Below, piece after piece: positions 42,461-53,173 of a stretch of 56,386 bases of DNA. The first letter of the stretch is position 1. Each line of letters starts with the position of its first letter. The notes below the pieces were generated by a model, which ran no database searches, was not told where the DNA came from, and saw only the letters and a program-made list of their open reading frames with translations. A program made the translations under genes and the position numbers. Source of the DNA: Candidatus Bathyarchaeota archaeon (GTDB lineage: Archaea > Thermoproteota > Bathyarchaeia > Bathyarchaeales > Bathycorpusculaceae). The DNA is taken from the NCBI GenBank assembly GCA_963811105.1, contig CAWEPZ010000006.1:1-56386 (forward strand), in the 5' to 3' direction.

Positions 42461-42688
42461 ATGGTTCCCCTTCCAGCTTCTTCTCAATACTTGACCTGCC
42501 CAAATTGCAGATCCCAATTAGCTTTATTCCCTAACTATTGCAACATCTGCGGCACACCAGTACGCCAACCTATTTTACTGAAAATCTGCCCACAGTGCAA
42601 GAGCAGAATTTCTGCTAGAGCCAAATTTTGCCCTGAATGTGGAAAAAAGCAAGAATTTGGGAATAATCAACAACATCCTCGTGGCTAA
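42461..42688 (+). CDS. double zinc-ribbon protein
   Basis: CPNC, CNICG, CPQC and FCPECG. Confidence 0.8.
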   Translation: MVPLPASSQYLTCPNCRSQLALFPNYCNICGTPVRQPILLKICPQCKSRISARAKFCPECGKKQEFGNNQQHPRG

Positions 42689-42769
42689 AAACACGACTTT
42701 TCCCTTTATTGATCGAAACCGACCAAAACCATTATTAATTCTGGCCAGAATGTTTTTTGTGGTGATTTT

Positions 42770-43003
42770 TTGGGTAATCCAGTTCCAGATAATGAGGAAA
42801 ACACGAAATTATGTATATGCCCTACTTGTCCAACATACAAGAAATCTAGCTTGACAAATAATGTTTTTTGCGCAAGAGGAAAAGCTAAAGAAACAGCTAA
42901 GGCTGCCAACTGTCTATGCCCTATATGCGAAGTATACAAAAAATACACTTTAGACCAGATGTATTACTGTATTAAAGGAAAATCCGTCGATTTCAAAGCG
43001 TAG
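42770..43003 (+). CDS. DUF2769-like Cys-rich protein
   Basis: CICPTCPTY, FCARGK, CLCPICEVY and YYC. Confidence 0.75.
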   Translation: MGNPVPDNEENTKLCICPTCPTYKKSSLTNNVFCARGKAKETAKAANCLCPICEVYKKYTLDQMYYCIKGKSVDFKA

Positions 43004-43068
43004 TTTATTACGACCGCTCGGTAGCTATTAATAAGAAACAGACTTACTTTTAACTAGGTAGTTGTGGT

Positions 43069-43971
43069 ATGGAGATAAGCACTGAAGATTTCAAAGTGCT
43101 GCCTGGCAAAAACATTAGCTTGAAGGATTATGACTCAGGCTGGGTTCCAAAATGGGCTAAGAAACAGGAAGAAAAAGAGGGCAAAAAGGCAGTAAAAGAT
43201 GATGCATTGGCTATTCTTGAAGAAAGCAGACAGAAACTTGTTGATATGCAAGAACTGTTTTGGGCTAACGCAACCTATTCAATGTTGATTGTTCTTCAAG
43301 GCATGGATGCAGCAGGCAAAGACGGCACAATAGAGCATGTAATGTCAGGAGTCAATCCACAAGGGTGTCAAGTCACAGGATTCAAAACTCCTTCTGAAGA
43401 GGAACTAAACCATGATTTCCTTTGGCGCCACACGAAAGCCCTTCCCGAAAAGGGGCGGATTGGGATTTTTAATCGGTCATACTATGAAGATGTGCTAATA
43501 GTTAAGGTTCGACCCGAAATTTTAGAAAAGCAGAAATTGCCCCCGGAAGTAGAAAGCAAAACGTTTTGGAACCAGCGGTATGAAGACATAAACATGTTTG
43601 AACGACACCTGGTCCGCAATGGTACGATAGTGCTGAAATTCTTCCTTAACATCTCAGAGAAAGAACAGACGCAGCGTCTACTTAAGCGACTTGAAGACCC
43701 GAATAAGCAATGGAAATTTTCAATCACAGACCTTTCTGAACGCTCAAAATGGAAGGACTACATGGAAGCTTATGAGGAAATGCTTAACGAAACAAGCACT
43801 GAATGGGCACCCTGGTATGTAATTCCTGCAGATAAAAAATGGGTTACTCATGCATCAATCTCTGAGATTATAGTGTCGCAAATCAAGCAACTGAACTTGA
43901 AATATCCTGTTTTGAACAAAGAGCAGTGTGATGCCTTGGAGAAGGCAAAGTTTGAACTCCAAAAAGAATAA
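43069..43971 (+). CDS. ppk2: polyphosphate kinase 2 family (class III-like)
   Basis: QGMDAAGKDG, GVNPQG, HDFLWR, FNRSYYEDVL and WAPWYVIPADKKW. Confidence 0.92.
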   Translation: MEISTEDFKVLPGKNISLKDYDSGWVPKWAKKQEEKEGKKAVKDDALAILEESRQKLVDMQELFWANATYSMLIVLQGMDAAGKDGTIEHVMSGVNPQGCQVTGFKTPSEEELNHDFLWRHTKALPEKGRIGIFNRSYYEDVLIVKVRPEILEKQKLPPEVESKTFWNQRYEDINMFERHLVRNGTIVLKFFLNISEKEQTQRLLKRLEDPNKQWKFSITDLSERSKWKDYMEAYEEMLNETSTEWAPWYVIPADKKWVTHASISEIIVSQIKQLNLKYPVLNKEQCDALEKAKFELQKE

Positions 43972-43993
43972 ACAACTTGTTAAGGGTCAATAA

Positions 43994-45574
43994 TTATATG
44001 CCAGGCGTGACTATGCAACGAACGTCCAGTTGCTTCCCGAAAGCTTCGTAGAAGGCTTGGCGATTTTGAACAATACTCCATTCTTCAAAACTACAATCAG
44101 AATCTGAATAAAATGATAGTAGCACATGATCCTTGTTAACGTTTACAAATGCTGCTTTTTTCACAAGTCCACAATGGCTTCGGTCAAGCTTTTCTGCAAA
44201 TCTTAGAAAAGTTGAAAGCATAATAATTGATTCTTTTGTTTTTTCATCTAATCCTGTATCTTTCATAGCCTTTTTTGTAGGTAGTTTCTTTCGGTGAAAA
44301 CGTGCAATGCTAGACATTATTTGAACTTCTCTTTGGTCAAAACCCATGAGTTCGGCATTATTGATTATGTAGTGAGAGTGTAAATGATGGTCATTGAATG
44401 AGAGAAAATCGCCAACGTCATGTAAAGCCGCTGCGTGCTTCAAGAGATCTTTCTCTTGTGAAGCTAAGTTGTGGAGACCTATTTGTTTTGCGCTGTCAAA
44501 AAGTTGTAACGCTAGCGAAGTCACAGCTTCAGAGTGTTTCTCGTCAAAGTTACAAGACCTGCCTAAATGCAAAACACTTCTGTTCCTTATTGGTGCCTTC
44601 TGCAGTTCCCGGAAACCCTCAAAATTCGATAAGTATTCAATTAGCAATCCATTTCGAAGTTCTCTATGGCTAATTATGATTTTCTCTAAGCCGAACTCTT
44701 CCATTATTGCTTCTATTATAGCTGCTCCCGCAACAATAATGTCGGCTCGGTCTGGGTTGATAGCGGGCAGTTTTTTTCTTTCTTCAAGAGACAAGGCGCA
44801 AAGGATTGAAGCTAACTTTTTCAAGTTCTTTCTTGATAAAGTTAGAACGTCTCCGTTACTGTTTTTCTTAAATAATTTGCATGAAATTTCTGCCAAGTTT
44901 ATGACAGTTCCTGATGATCCCCATGCCAGTCTAACGCCGTGCTCTAAAACTCTCGTCTTAACTACGTGCACTTTTTTGCAAGCGTAATTTTTTATCTTCT
45001 TATAAAGGCCGTATCCTATGTGACCTGTCCAGCCTTCGCCGATGAATTTACTTGTTAGCCTGATAGCTCCTAACCTTAGACTATTCACGTAAAAGCATTC
45101 ATGCTGATTTCCAATTGCGATTTCAGTGCTGCCACCTCCCAAATCAATGAATATGGCTTTTTCTTCGCCGATGTCTATTCCGCTGGAGACGCCAAGCCAG
45201 ATTAGACGGGCTTCTTCTTGTCCAGTAATCACATGAACATTAAGCCCCGTCTCCCTGAGAAGTTTTTGGAGAAAATCAGTTTGGTTTCGTGCTTCCCGAA
45301 TGGCTGAGGTTCCAACAGATATTATTTCTTTGGCACCGTAGGTTTTCGCAAGTTCAGCGAATTTTCTGCACACAAAAATGGTGCGTTCCATTGCTTCTTC
45401 TTTAAGTGTGTTGTCTTTGAATTCTCCTTCGCCCAGCCTTACTACTTCTTTTTCTTGGCTGATTATGGTGAAAGAGAAATTGGGGTTCATTCTTACAACT
45501 AAAAGGCGCACTGCGTTTGTTCCTATGTCTACAAATCCAACTACACGTTCAGCTGTTTTAATTGTGGTTTCCAT
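43994..45574 (-). CDS. ppx: Ppx/GppA exopolyphosphatase
   Basis: DIGTNAVRL, TSAIREARN, GQEEARL, DLGGGSTE, RADII and a C-terminal HD domain (LHDVG). Confidence 0.92.
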   Translation of the reverse strand: METTIKTAERVVGFVDIGTNAVRLLVVRMNPNFSFTIISQEKEVVRLGEGEFKDNTLKEEAMERTIFVCRKFAELAKTYGAKEIISVGTSAIREARNQTDFLQKLLRETGLNVHVITGQEEARLIWLGVSSGIDIGEEKAIFIDLGGGSTEIAIGNQHECFYVNSLRLGAIRLTSKFIGEGWTGHIGYGLYKKIKNYACKKVHVVKTRVLEHGVRLAWGSSGTVINLAEISCKLFKKNSNGDVLTLSRKNLKKLASILCALSLEERKKLPAINPDRADIIVAGAAIIEAIMEEFGLEKIIISHRELRNGLLIEYLSNFEGFRELQKAPIRNRSVLHLGRSCNFDEKHSEAVTSLALQLFDSAKQIGLHNLASQEKDLLKHAAALHDVGDFLSFNDHHLHSHYIINNAELMGFDQREVQIMSSIARFHRKKLPTKKAMKDTGLDEKTKESIIMLSTFLRFAEKLDRSHCGLVKKAAFVNVNKDHVLLSFYSDSDCSFEEWSIVQNRQAFYEAFGKQLDVRCIVTPGI

Positions 45575-47889
45575 ACCAGCACCAATTGTTTTGCAAAAGT
45601 TTTTTCAAATAAATCCTTCTTCTTATAAAAAGCCTGTTCTTCGAGAATTGCTTTGCTCTCAGATTCGTATTCTACAATAATGTGATTAATGTCCACTTTG
45701 ATGTTTAACATTTTTACGGTTGATTGGTGTGTGTAGTCTAAGCCATCTGCCACCCGAAGAAGGCTAGCCAAAACCTCTACTTTTCGGACAGTTGCTCGGT
45801 CTAATGCTGCAAGGGTATATTGTTTTTGCTTGGGCAGCCCTTTTCGGTGGTATCTAGCGATACTTGCAACAATTTGTCTTTCCTGTGATGTAAATGGTAA
45901 TTGCGTATCGTTGAGGATTAGTTTGGTTGTTTCTCTGTTATGTCCTCCTCTGCCTTTTGATAAACCTATATCATGAAGGACCGATGCGCATTCCAGCCAG
46001 CATCTTTCATGATCACTTAATTTGTGAATGCTAGTTAAATCATCAAAGAACCGCAAAGAAAGTTGAGTAACCTGTGAGCTGTGTTCAATATCTTTCCAAT
46101 ATTTGAGCGCAAATTTCCTGCAATTTTCAACTTTTCCCTTACAGTTATGCGCGGCGATATTTTTTTGCGCATCTTCTTCGTTTACAGCATCCAATGAGAC
46201 TCCTCTTAGCAGCATTTGTGCGAAACTTTGGGGCAATCGCTTTTTTCTTAGTGCATCTGCAGCAGCCGCTACATCGTAGTCCAACCTAAGCAACTCAACT
46301 TTAAGGGGATTAAAGCTTAAGATTGCGTAAGCTGTTTGAGGGTTTCCATCTCCAGGTCTTCCTACGCTTCCAGGATTAATGAACGAAATTCCGTCTACCT
46401 GTCTCCAAAATTGATCATGAGAATGCCCCACTATTATTATGTCTGCATTAGCATTATCTGCAAGGATTCTTAATCTCTCAACCGGAGTATCATGGTAAAC
46501 GTGCTCTTCATTTGATTCAGGGCTTCCATGTGTTACTAATATTTTTTTGCCGGCAGCTTCGAGTCTACGTTCTTGTGGTAGAAAGTGAAGATAGCCTTGA
46601 GATGATTTTGATAATTCTTTTCGGGCAAATTTCAAAGCAAGATTCTTTTCACCTTTAGCCTTAGCTTTGCCTTCGATAACTTCGATGTCATAATTGCCCA
46701 TAATGCTGAGTACATTTTTCTCACGCATCAATTCAATAACTTCGTTAGGACGGGGACCGAAACCAATTGAGTCGCCAGCATTTAGTATAAGATCAACTTT
46801 GCGTTCTTCAGCGTCTTGAATAACTCTTTCTAATGCATTAATATTAGCATGAATGTCGGATAAAATGGCAATCTTTACATCGGAATCTGCAATTATTTTC
46901 ATTGTTTTCTCCTCAGATAGAACTAATTCTCCTTTTGTTGTTTTCTTTAATTGAACGAAAAAGCCGTCTTTTGTATTCTCGTCCCACTGTTGCACGAACT
47001 GAGCATAGTGCAGTGATCTTCGTTCTTTAATGTAAGTCTGAAAGTTTAAAAGTGCCTGTTCTAAGTCTGTAATGCTTAATGTGTTGTTTATCCCAAGTTT
47101 AGTTTTGGTTTCCTCAATAAATTTTGGTATGTAGTCTATCCAGACATCACAATCATGCATTTCACCCAGCACATCTTGATATTTTTTTATTGATTCTATT
47201 TCTGCTGCAAGTTCATTTTTGTATAATGTTGCAAAGATTTCCATTGTATAGCGGAGTTTCTTTGCGAGAATTCTAATTTGATGATGTTTTAGTTTTTCAT
47301 TTTCTTTATGAACATATTCCTGCATACCCACTAAGTTATCTAGTCTAAATGAAATGTTCCAATGGGCTTTTTCCAGCACTTCTGTCGGGTTAAAAGTTGA
47401 CGTTGATTGTGAAGTAATGATTTGTTGGCAGGATTTGGATAGGTTTTCCAAAACGCGAGAGGCCTTCAGTTTTTGTATTCCATTTACAACGTTTGGTTGG
47501 ATACTGTTTCTGTGATCTTTATGACTCTGTAAAAGAAAATCGAGGCTTGCTTTTTCAGTTATCGACTGAATTTTTTCCATGTATTGTTGTATGAAGATTA
47601 TTTGTACATCAAGGTCTCTTGCCTCGGCTAGTAAACGAGTAACTTTTTTTATTTCACGTGATTGTTTCTTGAATTCTTTTCTCGAAAAACACAACGTGAA
47701 GATTGGCAATGCAGCTCTAAGTCTGCGAGAGGTGACACGTGTCTTGTGGACACGTTCAATGTCGTCGTTTTCTATAACTCCATCCACCTGATTTTGGAAT
47801 CCGACGAGAAGTTTCAGGATTATTTCCGATCCGAATTTGCAGTAGCTTGGGTCGATTTCGAACGTCTGAAGATTAAATGGGGCGTTCAT
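45541..47889 (-). CDS. CHAD + metallophosphoesterase + Ppx-type HD domain fusion
   Basis: VHKTRVTSRRLR, RDLDV and LGEMHDCDV (CHAD); SDIHAN, GD, GNYD, HGSP, GHSH and NPGSVG (phosphoesterase); LHDIG and ARYHRK (HD). Confidence 0.88.
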   Translation of the reverse strand: MNAPFNLQTFEIDPSYCKFGSEIILKLLVGFQNQVDGVIENDDIERVHKTRVTSRRLRAALPIFTLCFSRKEFKKQSREIKKVTRLLAEARDLDVQIIFIQQYMEKIQSITEKASLDFLLQSHKDHRNSIQPNVVNGIQKLKASRVLENLSKSCQQIITSQSTSTFNPTEVLEKAHWNISFRLDNLVGMQEYVHKENEKLKHHQIRILAKKLRYTMEIFATLYKNELAAEIESIKKYQDVLGEMHDCDVWIDYIPKFIEETKTKLGINNTLSITDLEQALLNFQTYIKERRSLHYAQFVQQWDENTKDGFFVQLKKTTKGELVLSEEKTMKIIADSDVKIAILSDIHANINALERVIQDAEERKVDLILNAGDSIGFGPRPNEVIELMREKNVLSIMGNYDIEVIEGKAKAKGEKNLALKFARKELSKSSQGYLHFLPQERRLEAAGKKILVTHGSPESNEEHVYHDTPVERLRILADNANADIIIVGHSHDQFWRQVDGISFINPGSVGRPGDGNPQTAYAILSFNPLKVELLRLDYDVAAAADALRKKRLPQSFAQMLLRGVSLDAVNEEDAQKNIAAHNCKGKVENCRKFALKYWKDIEHSSQVTQLSLRFFDDLTSIHKLSDHERCWLECASVLHDIGLSKGRGGHNRETTKLILNDTQLPFTSQERQIVASIARYHRKGLPKQKQYTLAALDRATVRKVEVLASLLRVADGLDYTHQSTVKMLNIKVDINHIIVEYESESKAILEEQAFYKKKDLFEKTFAKQLVLVWKPQLKQLNV

Positions 47890-50008
47890 TCCATATACCT
47901 CTGTTCTGGATGAGCCAAGCTTGGGAATTGATGACTTTTTCCCCTTCTTTAGGGATAACTCTCTGGTATGTTCCATCCGTCAGCAGCCTCCGTGCTTTGA
48001 CGTTATCCCGAAGGTGAATTTTGAGCATATTCTCCAAGATCGTTTTTTTGAGGTATGGATCAGGTACTGACATAAGGACTTCAATTCTTTCATTGAGGTT
48101 TCTGAACATCATGTCTGAGCTTCCAATAAGTACTTCTTCTTCTTTGTCATCGTGGAAGTAGTAGATTCGGGCATGTTCAAGGAATCGTCCAACTATGGAT
48201 ATCACTGAAATATTTTCACTTATTCCTTTTATTCCTGGTCTTAAACAGCATAGACCTCGGACATTAAGGTCAATTTTTATTCCAGCCATGGATGCTCTAT
48301 ATAGGGCTTGAATGATTTGAGTTTCTTCTAGATTGTTTAGTTTAAAAGCTAAGTAGCCTTTGCCTGTATTTTTTTGGTAGTCTATTTCTTCATCGATTCG
48401 CTTCAGAATTTGAGCTTTCAGTGACTTTGGAGCAACAAGAAGGTGCTTGAACTCGACTTCTTGAAGTCCATTAATAATTATTGAAAATAGTTGTTCAAGT
48501 TCTGCTCCAACTTCAGGGTTTGCTGTTAAGTAACCTATGTCCCCATATATTTTTGCTGTGACTGCATTGTAGTTTCCTGATCCAATGTGTGAATATCTTA
48601 TGATTTGATCTTTTTCTTTCTTAACAATTAAACATAATTTTGCATGGATCTTAAATTTGGGAAAGTTATAAACTGAATTAACGCCACCTTGTCTTAATTT
48701 TGAAACGAGCATAACATTGTTTTCTTCATCGAATTTAGCTTTTAATTCAACTATTGCCGTTACTTTTTTGCCTTTTTCAGCTGCTTCTATTAGTGCATCG
48801 ACAACAGGTGAATTGTGATCCATTCGGTACATTGTTATGCAGATTTCCAAAACGTTATTATCATTTGCTGCTTCTTTGAGCAGATCGATGATTACTTCAA
48901 AGCTGTCATAGGGATGATATAAGACAAAGTCCTGTTTTGCAATAGTTTTGAACATGTCCTTCTCGGGAGATAGAAGCGGATTTATGCAAGGAAGGAAGCT
49001 CTTGTCTTTGAGTTCTGGACGGTTTATTTTGAGAAGCTGCCAAAGGTCTACTAATCCAAGCGGTCCGTCAAACTCGTAAGTTAAATAGTCAGGTAATCCT
49101 AACGCTGAGGCGATTTCTTCCCTTATTACTTCAGGTAATTTTCGTTCAAACTCTAACCTGCTTGGAAACCCAGCCTTTCTAGCTGAGATGCTTTTCTTAA
49201 CTGAACTAAGAAAATCGGCAGACTCATCCATCAAAATATTAATTTCCCCATTGCGAGTGAGTCTAAATTTGCTGCATGAGAGATTTTTTTCAGTGGGGAA
49301 AATTAGTTGGAGATTACTCTCCATTAAATCTTCTAGGAAAACAAAGTTGTATTGTATGCTTTCTTTTCCTTCTAAAGTTAGCTGGCTGCTGCTTTTTGGG
49401 ATTCTAATCAGTCTTCCAAATGTTTCAGTTGGAACATCGACTAAATAGAAGGAACCTTGTTTTTCAAAGCCTGAAATATACAGTGTAATATGTAGATTTT
49501 CTAATACTGTCCCGTCAAAACCCTGTCGAGGCGTTTTGATTAAGGGGAGAATATTTTGTTTGAAGAATTGACGCAAGTTTTCCTTGTCTTTTTCTCCTAA
49601 TTCGCTGAATTTCCAAATATAAATTCTCTCTTTGGCAAGAGCTGGGAGAAGTTCTTCTCGCCAACAATCTGCGTGCTTTTTAATAAGTGGAATGATTTCT
49701 TGCCTTGTTGCTTCAATCTGTTCTATAGCGGTCATTCCATCCACGGATTTTTCAACAGAGCCTGTTTTGATTTTTTTAATAAGGCGAGGAACTCGCGTCA
49801 TAAAAAACTCGTCTAGGTTGCTGCCGCAGATGGCTATGAATTTGACCCTTTCTAGCAAGGGATGCCACCGATCGCGTGCTTCCTCGAGGACACGTGCATT
49901 AAATCTAATCCAACTAAGTTCTCTATTTAAAAAGAAATTTGGATTATCTAGAATTTTTTTCTGGTTTGAAGCTACGTTTCCATCAGCACCAATTTTTTCT
50001 GCTAACAT
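47873..50008 (-). CDS. ppk1: polyphosphate kinase 1
   Basis: NRELSW, NLDEFFM, HPYDSF, ELKAKFDEENN, KIHAKL, GNYN and GRFLEHARI. Confidence 0.93.
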   Translation of the reverse strand: MLAEKIGADGNVASNQKKILDNPNFFLNRELSWIRFNARVLEEARDRWHPLLERVKFIAICGSNLDEFFMTRVPRLIKKIKTGSVEKSVDGMTAIEQIEATRQEIIPLIKKHADCWREELLPALAKERIYIWKFSELGEKDKENLRQFFKQNILPLIKTPRQGFDGTVLENLHITLYISGFEKQGSFYLVDVPTETFGRLIRIPKSSSQLTLEGKESIQYNFVFLEDLMESNLQLIFPTEKNLSCSKFRLTRNGEINILMDESADFLSSVKKSISARKAGFPSRLEFERKLPEVIREEIASALGLPDYLTYEFDGPLGLVDLWQLLKINRPELKDKSFLPCINPLLSPEKDMFKTIAKQDFVLYHPYDSFEVIIDLLKEAANDNNVLEICITMYRMDHNSPVVDALIEAAEKGKKVTAIVELKAKFDEENNVMLVSKLRQGGVNSVYNFPKFKIHAKLCLIVKKEKDQIIRYSHIGSGNYNAVTAKIYGDIGYLTANPEVGAELEQLFSIIINGLQEVEFKHLLVAPKSLKAQILKRIDEEIDYQKNTGKGYLAFKLNNLEETQIIQALYRASMAGIKIDLNVRGLCCLRPGIKGISENISVISIVGRFLEHARIYYFHDDKEEEVLIGSSDMMFRNLNERIEVLMSVPDPYLKKTILENMLKIHLRDNVKARRLLTDGTYQRVIPKEGEKVINSQAWLIQNRGIWNERPI

Positions 50009-50108
50009 AAGTCCTTCGCCCGATTTTTTTTCTCAAGTTTATGTTTGAATAATCATTCAATAGAAATATTTGAGTTTAGTACCTTATCAATTAATCTACG
50101 GAGGTCAT

Positions 50109-50234
50109 TATCCTAAAGAAATAGATTTTGCGCTCAGCGGCTGTAATAGAAGTTGTTGATCAGGGTGAAAAAAACAACCGATCATCTTCTACCTTTACTA
50201 AGTATCCTAAAGAAATAGATTTTGCGCTCAGCGG
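50109..50234. repeat. 32-bp exact direct repeat upstream of ppk1
   Basis: TATCCTAAAGAAATAGATTTTGCGCTCAGCGG at 50109-50140 and 50203-50234. Confidence 0.9.
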
Positions 50235-50515
50235 TGGCACTTTACAAATAATTCGTGCGTTTCAACCGATTTTGGTTTGCTAACAGCGTAATTTTCGAAT
50301 TCAAACAGCGGAATTTTTTTGCTAGCCATTCTCCCGTGTTCTCCAAATGCATTAGAGAAAACGGAGCATGATTAAGTTCTCTCAAATAGATTATATAGGC
50401 ATATATATTTCTATATATAAAATTCAACAAAAGTGCTTGCAGCAAGGGTTATATTTTACACAATGGAACTAGGATACACATGAATTCTTCAAATTTAAAA
50501 GGAAAGTGATTTAAA

Positions 50516-51139
50516 ATGAATTCTTCAACTCTAAAAGATCGAGGTTTTTCACAACCATTCGCATTAAAATTAGTTTCGTTCTCAAGTCTACCCTTTGATC
50601 GCAGCAGTGTTTTCGCCATAATAGATACATCTCTTACAGGGAAAGCTGCTTCAGACATTTTGTATATAGGTCGATCAAAAAGGCCAACTCGAAGGATCCT
50701 GGGCGGATATTTAGCTGGCTACGGAGGAAAAAACACTAAAAAAATTAGTTCGAACTTGTTCAATAGCGGCTACATCGAAAAAACAGCTATCAGCTGGGTG
50801 TCATGTGACAAGCCAAGAGCAATCCAGAGTGAACTACTGGATAAGTTCGTAAATGAACATGGCAATGTTCCTTTGTGGAATACATCAAAGAAAAAACCAA
50901 TGAAAATTCAAAAAGTCGCCAAAGTTAAAACTAAAACCAAGTCTGCTGCAACTACTGTGGCCAAGATTGCAAGATCTAAAGCGGTTGAAAAACCTGTACC
51001 TGTGAAAGTCGCATCCCAAGTGAAACCCACTGTTGCAAAGTCAACTATTCCTCCAAAATCCCCAGAATCTACCTCTCAGAATCAACCTAGCACAAGTTCT
51101 ACTCGAACTGCCTCAGATTCAACTCAAAAAACTGTATAA
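50516..51139 (+). CDS. GIY-YIG-like protein with basic, low-complexity tail
   Basis: SVFAI...ILYIGRS..RR...ELL..F...G.VP.WN; K/A/S/P-rich C-terminus. Confidence 0.55.
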   Translation: MNSSTLKDRGFSQPFALKLVSFSSLPFDRSSVFAIIDTSLTGKAASDILYIGRSKRPTRRILGGYLAGYGGKNTKKISSNLFNSGYIEKTAISWVSCDKPRAIQSELLDKFVNEHGNVPLWNTSKKKPMKIQKVAKVKTKTKSAATTVAKIARSKAVEKPVPVKVASQVKPTVAKSTIPPKSPESTSQNQPSTSSTRTASDSTQKTV

Positions 51140-51173
51140 AAAAATTTTTTACACAAATGATTTCTTAACATTT

Positions 51174-51704
51174 TTACTTTTTCTTTGAAGAATAATATTT
51201 AACAAGATCATAAGTGGACCACGGCAAGCTGTCTTTCGGTTTAAAGCCTAAAAGTTCAGAATATTTGTTGATTAAATCGGGGTTTTCTGCTTCTATTTCC
51301 ATAAACTCCGGGATGAAGTTATAAGAGCCTAAATAGCGGTCGATGTCAAAGCGTACATTGTCTAGTTTGTAGCTAATTCGGTGTTTTAACATGTTTTCAG
51401 TTTCGCAGAGTCCAAGGCTTTCAAGAATCTTCTGCGTTTCTTTAATGCTTGACACTTCGACTGAATATTCTTCTGCTTTTTTAGCTTTTTGAGTTGACCG
51501 GACTTTCTTGTAAGTCAATTCGATTTTGTTTTCATCTTTTCTCAAGCGTAACACGTCTTTTGCCTTAGTAATCCTACCGTCTTTGAAGTCAAAGAAGATA
51601 GTTTGGAGGTCGCTATCGAGAATTTTTTTGGCGCCCAAATCTGTTAACGTTTCTTCAACTTTCTTTCTGTTAATCTCTAGAATTTTTACTTCAATTTCTC
51701 TCAT
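51174..51704 (-). CDS. CYTH-domain protein (class IV adenylate cyclase / triphosphate tunnel family)
   Basis: EIEVK, LRLR, LTYK and FMEIE. Confidence 0.88.
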   Translation of the reverse strand: MREIEVKILEINRKKVEETLTDLGAKKILDSDLQTIFFDFKDGRITKAKDVLRLRKDENKIELTYKKVRSTQKAKKAEEYSVEVSSIKETQKILESLGLCETENMLKHRISYKLDNVRFDIDRYLGSYNFIPEFMEIEAENPDLINKYSELLGFKPKDSLPWSTYDLVKYYSSKKK

Positions 51705-52354
51705 AAATGTAAAAGTATGTCAAATTTGATATTAATATTTGCTGTAAGTTATTTTTGGCAGGATTTTGGTTCTTTTTTATGCGCATTGAAAATATTTTAA
51801 CTATGACAAGGCTTGTCCTCTCAATAACTTGGTGATCTAATCCACGGAACGGACAGAATACTTTTTCGTAGTTGGCAAAGATTTCTGGGGAAACTTCAAA
51901 TTTTCTTTCGTAGCCTACACATTTAACTTTCAAACCATTTTTTACTCAATTTTGCCTAAAGATAGAGGAGTGTTTTCAGTTTGGTTAGATGTCTTCAAGA
52001 TGAATTCATACGACTCTAAAATTAGTTTTTTGGGCTTTTCGGATGGTGATGAAGTAGACTCCGCAGATTGGAAAAGTACTAATTGGTATTCTCCAATGAA
52101 GTCAAATTCGAAGTTATCTTTGAAACTGGGCGTAAGAAAATAATTGAGTTTAAGATTTTTTCCATTTGTTTCTCGTTCTCCCTGTCAATCTTAATTGTTG
52201 GGCCGATTAAGAAATGTCTCAGTAGACTCTTGGTGCTATATAGAAAATGCGTTTTCTAAAGCTGTTTAACATCCTTTGACATTAAGTTCTCAATTTATGG
52301 CAACAGAAAGGTTATTACTTTTAGAACGATTCAATCGTAAGCGGAGAGAAAAAG

Positions 52355-53116
52355 GTGCCCTTGGTATTTATTATTGGAACGGCTGGTTCTGGCAAGTCCC
52401 TTTTCACTGCAGCTTTTAGCGAATGGCTGAAAATGTCAAAGCAAGATGTTGCTGTAGTCAATTTGGATCCAGGTGCGTTGAAATTGCCTTATCAGCCAGA
52501 CGTGGATGTCCGCAACTATGTGGATGTTGGCAATTTAATGGAGAAATATGGTTTAGGACCAAACGGCGCCTTGATTATGGCTGCTGACTTGATTGCTGAT
52601 GAAATCGAAAATTTAACTCGCGACATTGAAGAAGCGCACGCTGACATAGTTTTGGTGGATACTCCTGGACAGATGGAGCTTTTTGCTTTCAGAGCAAGCG
52701 GACCGTACATAGTTGATGAGTTAACAAAGGAGCCAAAAGCGTTAATTTACCTCTTTGACGCCGTCTTCTCAGCTAATCCGATGAACTACGTTTCAAACAT
52801 GTTTCTTTCAGCGGCAGTTTACAACCGCTTTTTCGTGCCTCAATTGCACGTGCTCTCGAAGACTGATTTGTTACCTAAAAAAGATGTGCAGTCAATTGCA
52901 ACTTGGTCGGCTAATACTAGCGCCTTGGAAGATGCAATAGAAGAAAAACTTGAAGGCACCAAACGTCAATTTAGCCGCAGCATGATGCAAGCTATCAACA
53001 AACTTGGTTTAAAATTCTTGCTAATGCCAGTTTCTTCAAAAACAAATGAGGGCATGGTTAACATTAACACGATGCTTGAACGGATACTTAATGAAGGAGA
53101 AAAATACACAACCTAA
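52355..53116 (+). CDS. GPN-loop GTPase
   Basis: GTAGSGKS, NLDPG, GLGPNGA and DTPGQMELF. Confidence 0.92.
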   Translation: MPLVFIIGTAGSGKSLFTAAFSEWLKMSKQDVAVVNLDPGALKLPYQPDVDVRNYVDVGNLMEKYGLGPNGALIMAADLIADEIENLTRDIEEAHADIVLVDTPGQMELFAFRASGPYIVDELTKEPKALIYLFDAVFSANPMNYVSNMFLSAAVYNRFFVPQLHVLSKTDLLPKKDVQSIATWSANTSALEDAIEEKLEGTKRQFSRSMMQAINKLGLKFLLMPVSSKTNEGMVNINTMLERILNEGEKYTT

Positions 53117-53173
53117 AAGGCCCTGAGATTCGCTCAGGCGGGTAGTTTTTTGGAGAAACCGCTGGGAAAACTT

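Noticed and set aside
50109-50234. Mini CRISPR array
   Set aside because: Only two repeats, a 62-bp spacer that is too long, no cas genes and no typical repeat end
51691-52143. Short ORFs between the CYTH and GPN genes
   Set aside because: No RBS or motif support; probably degraded sequence
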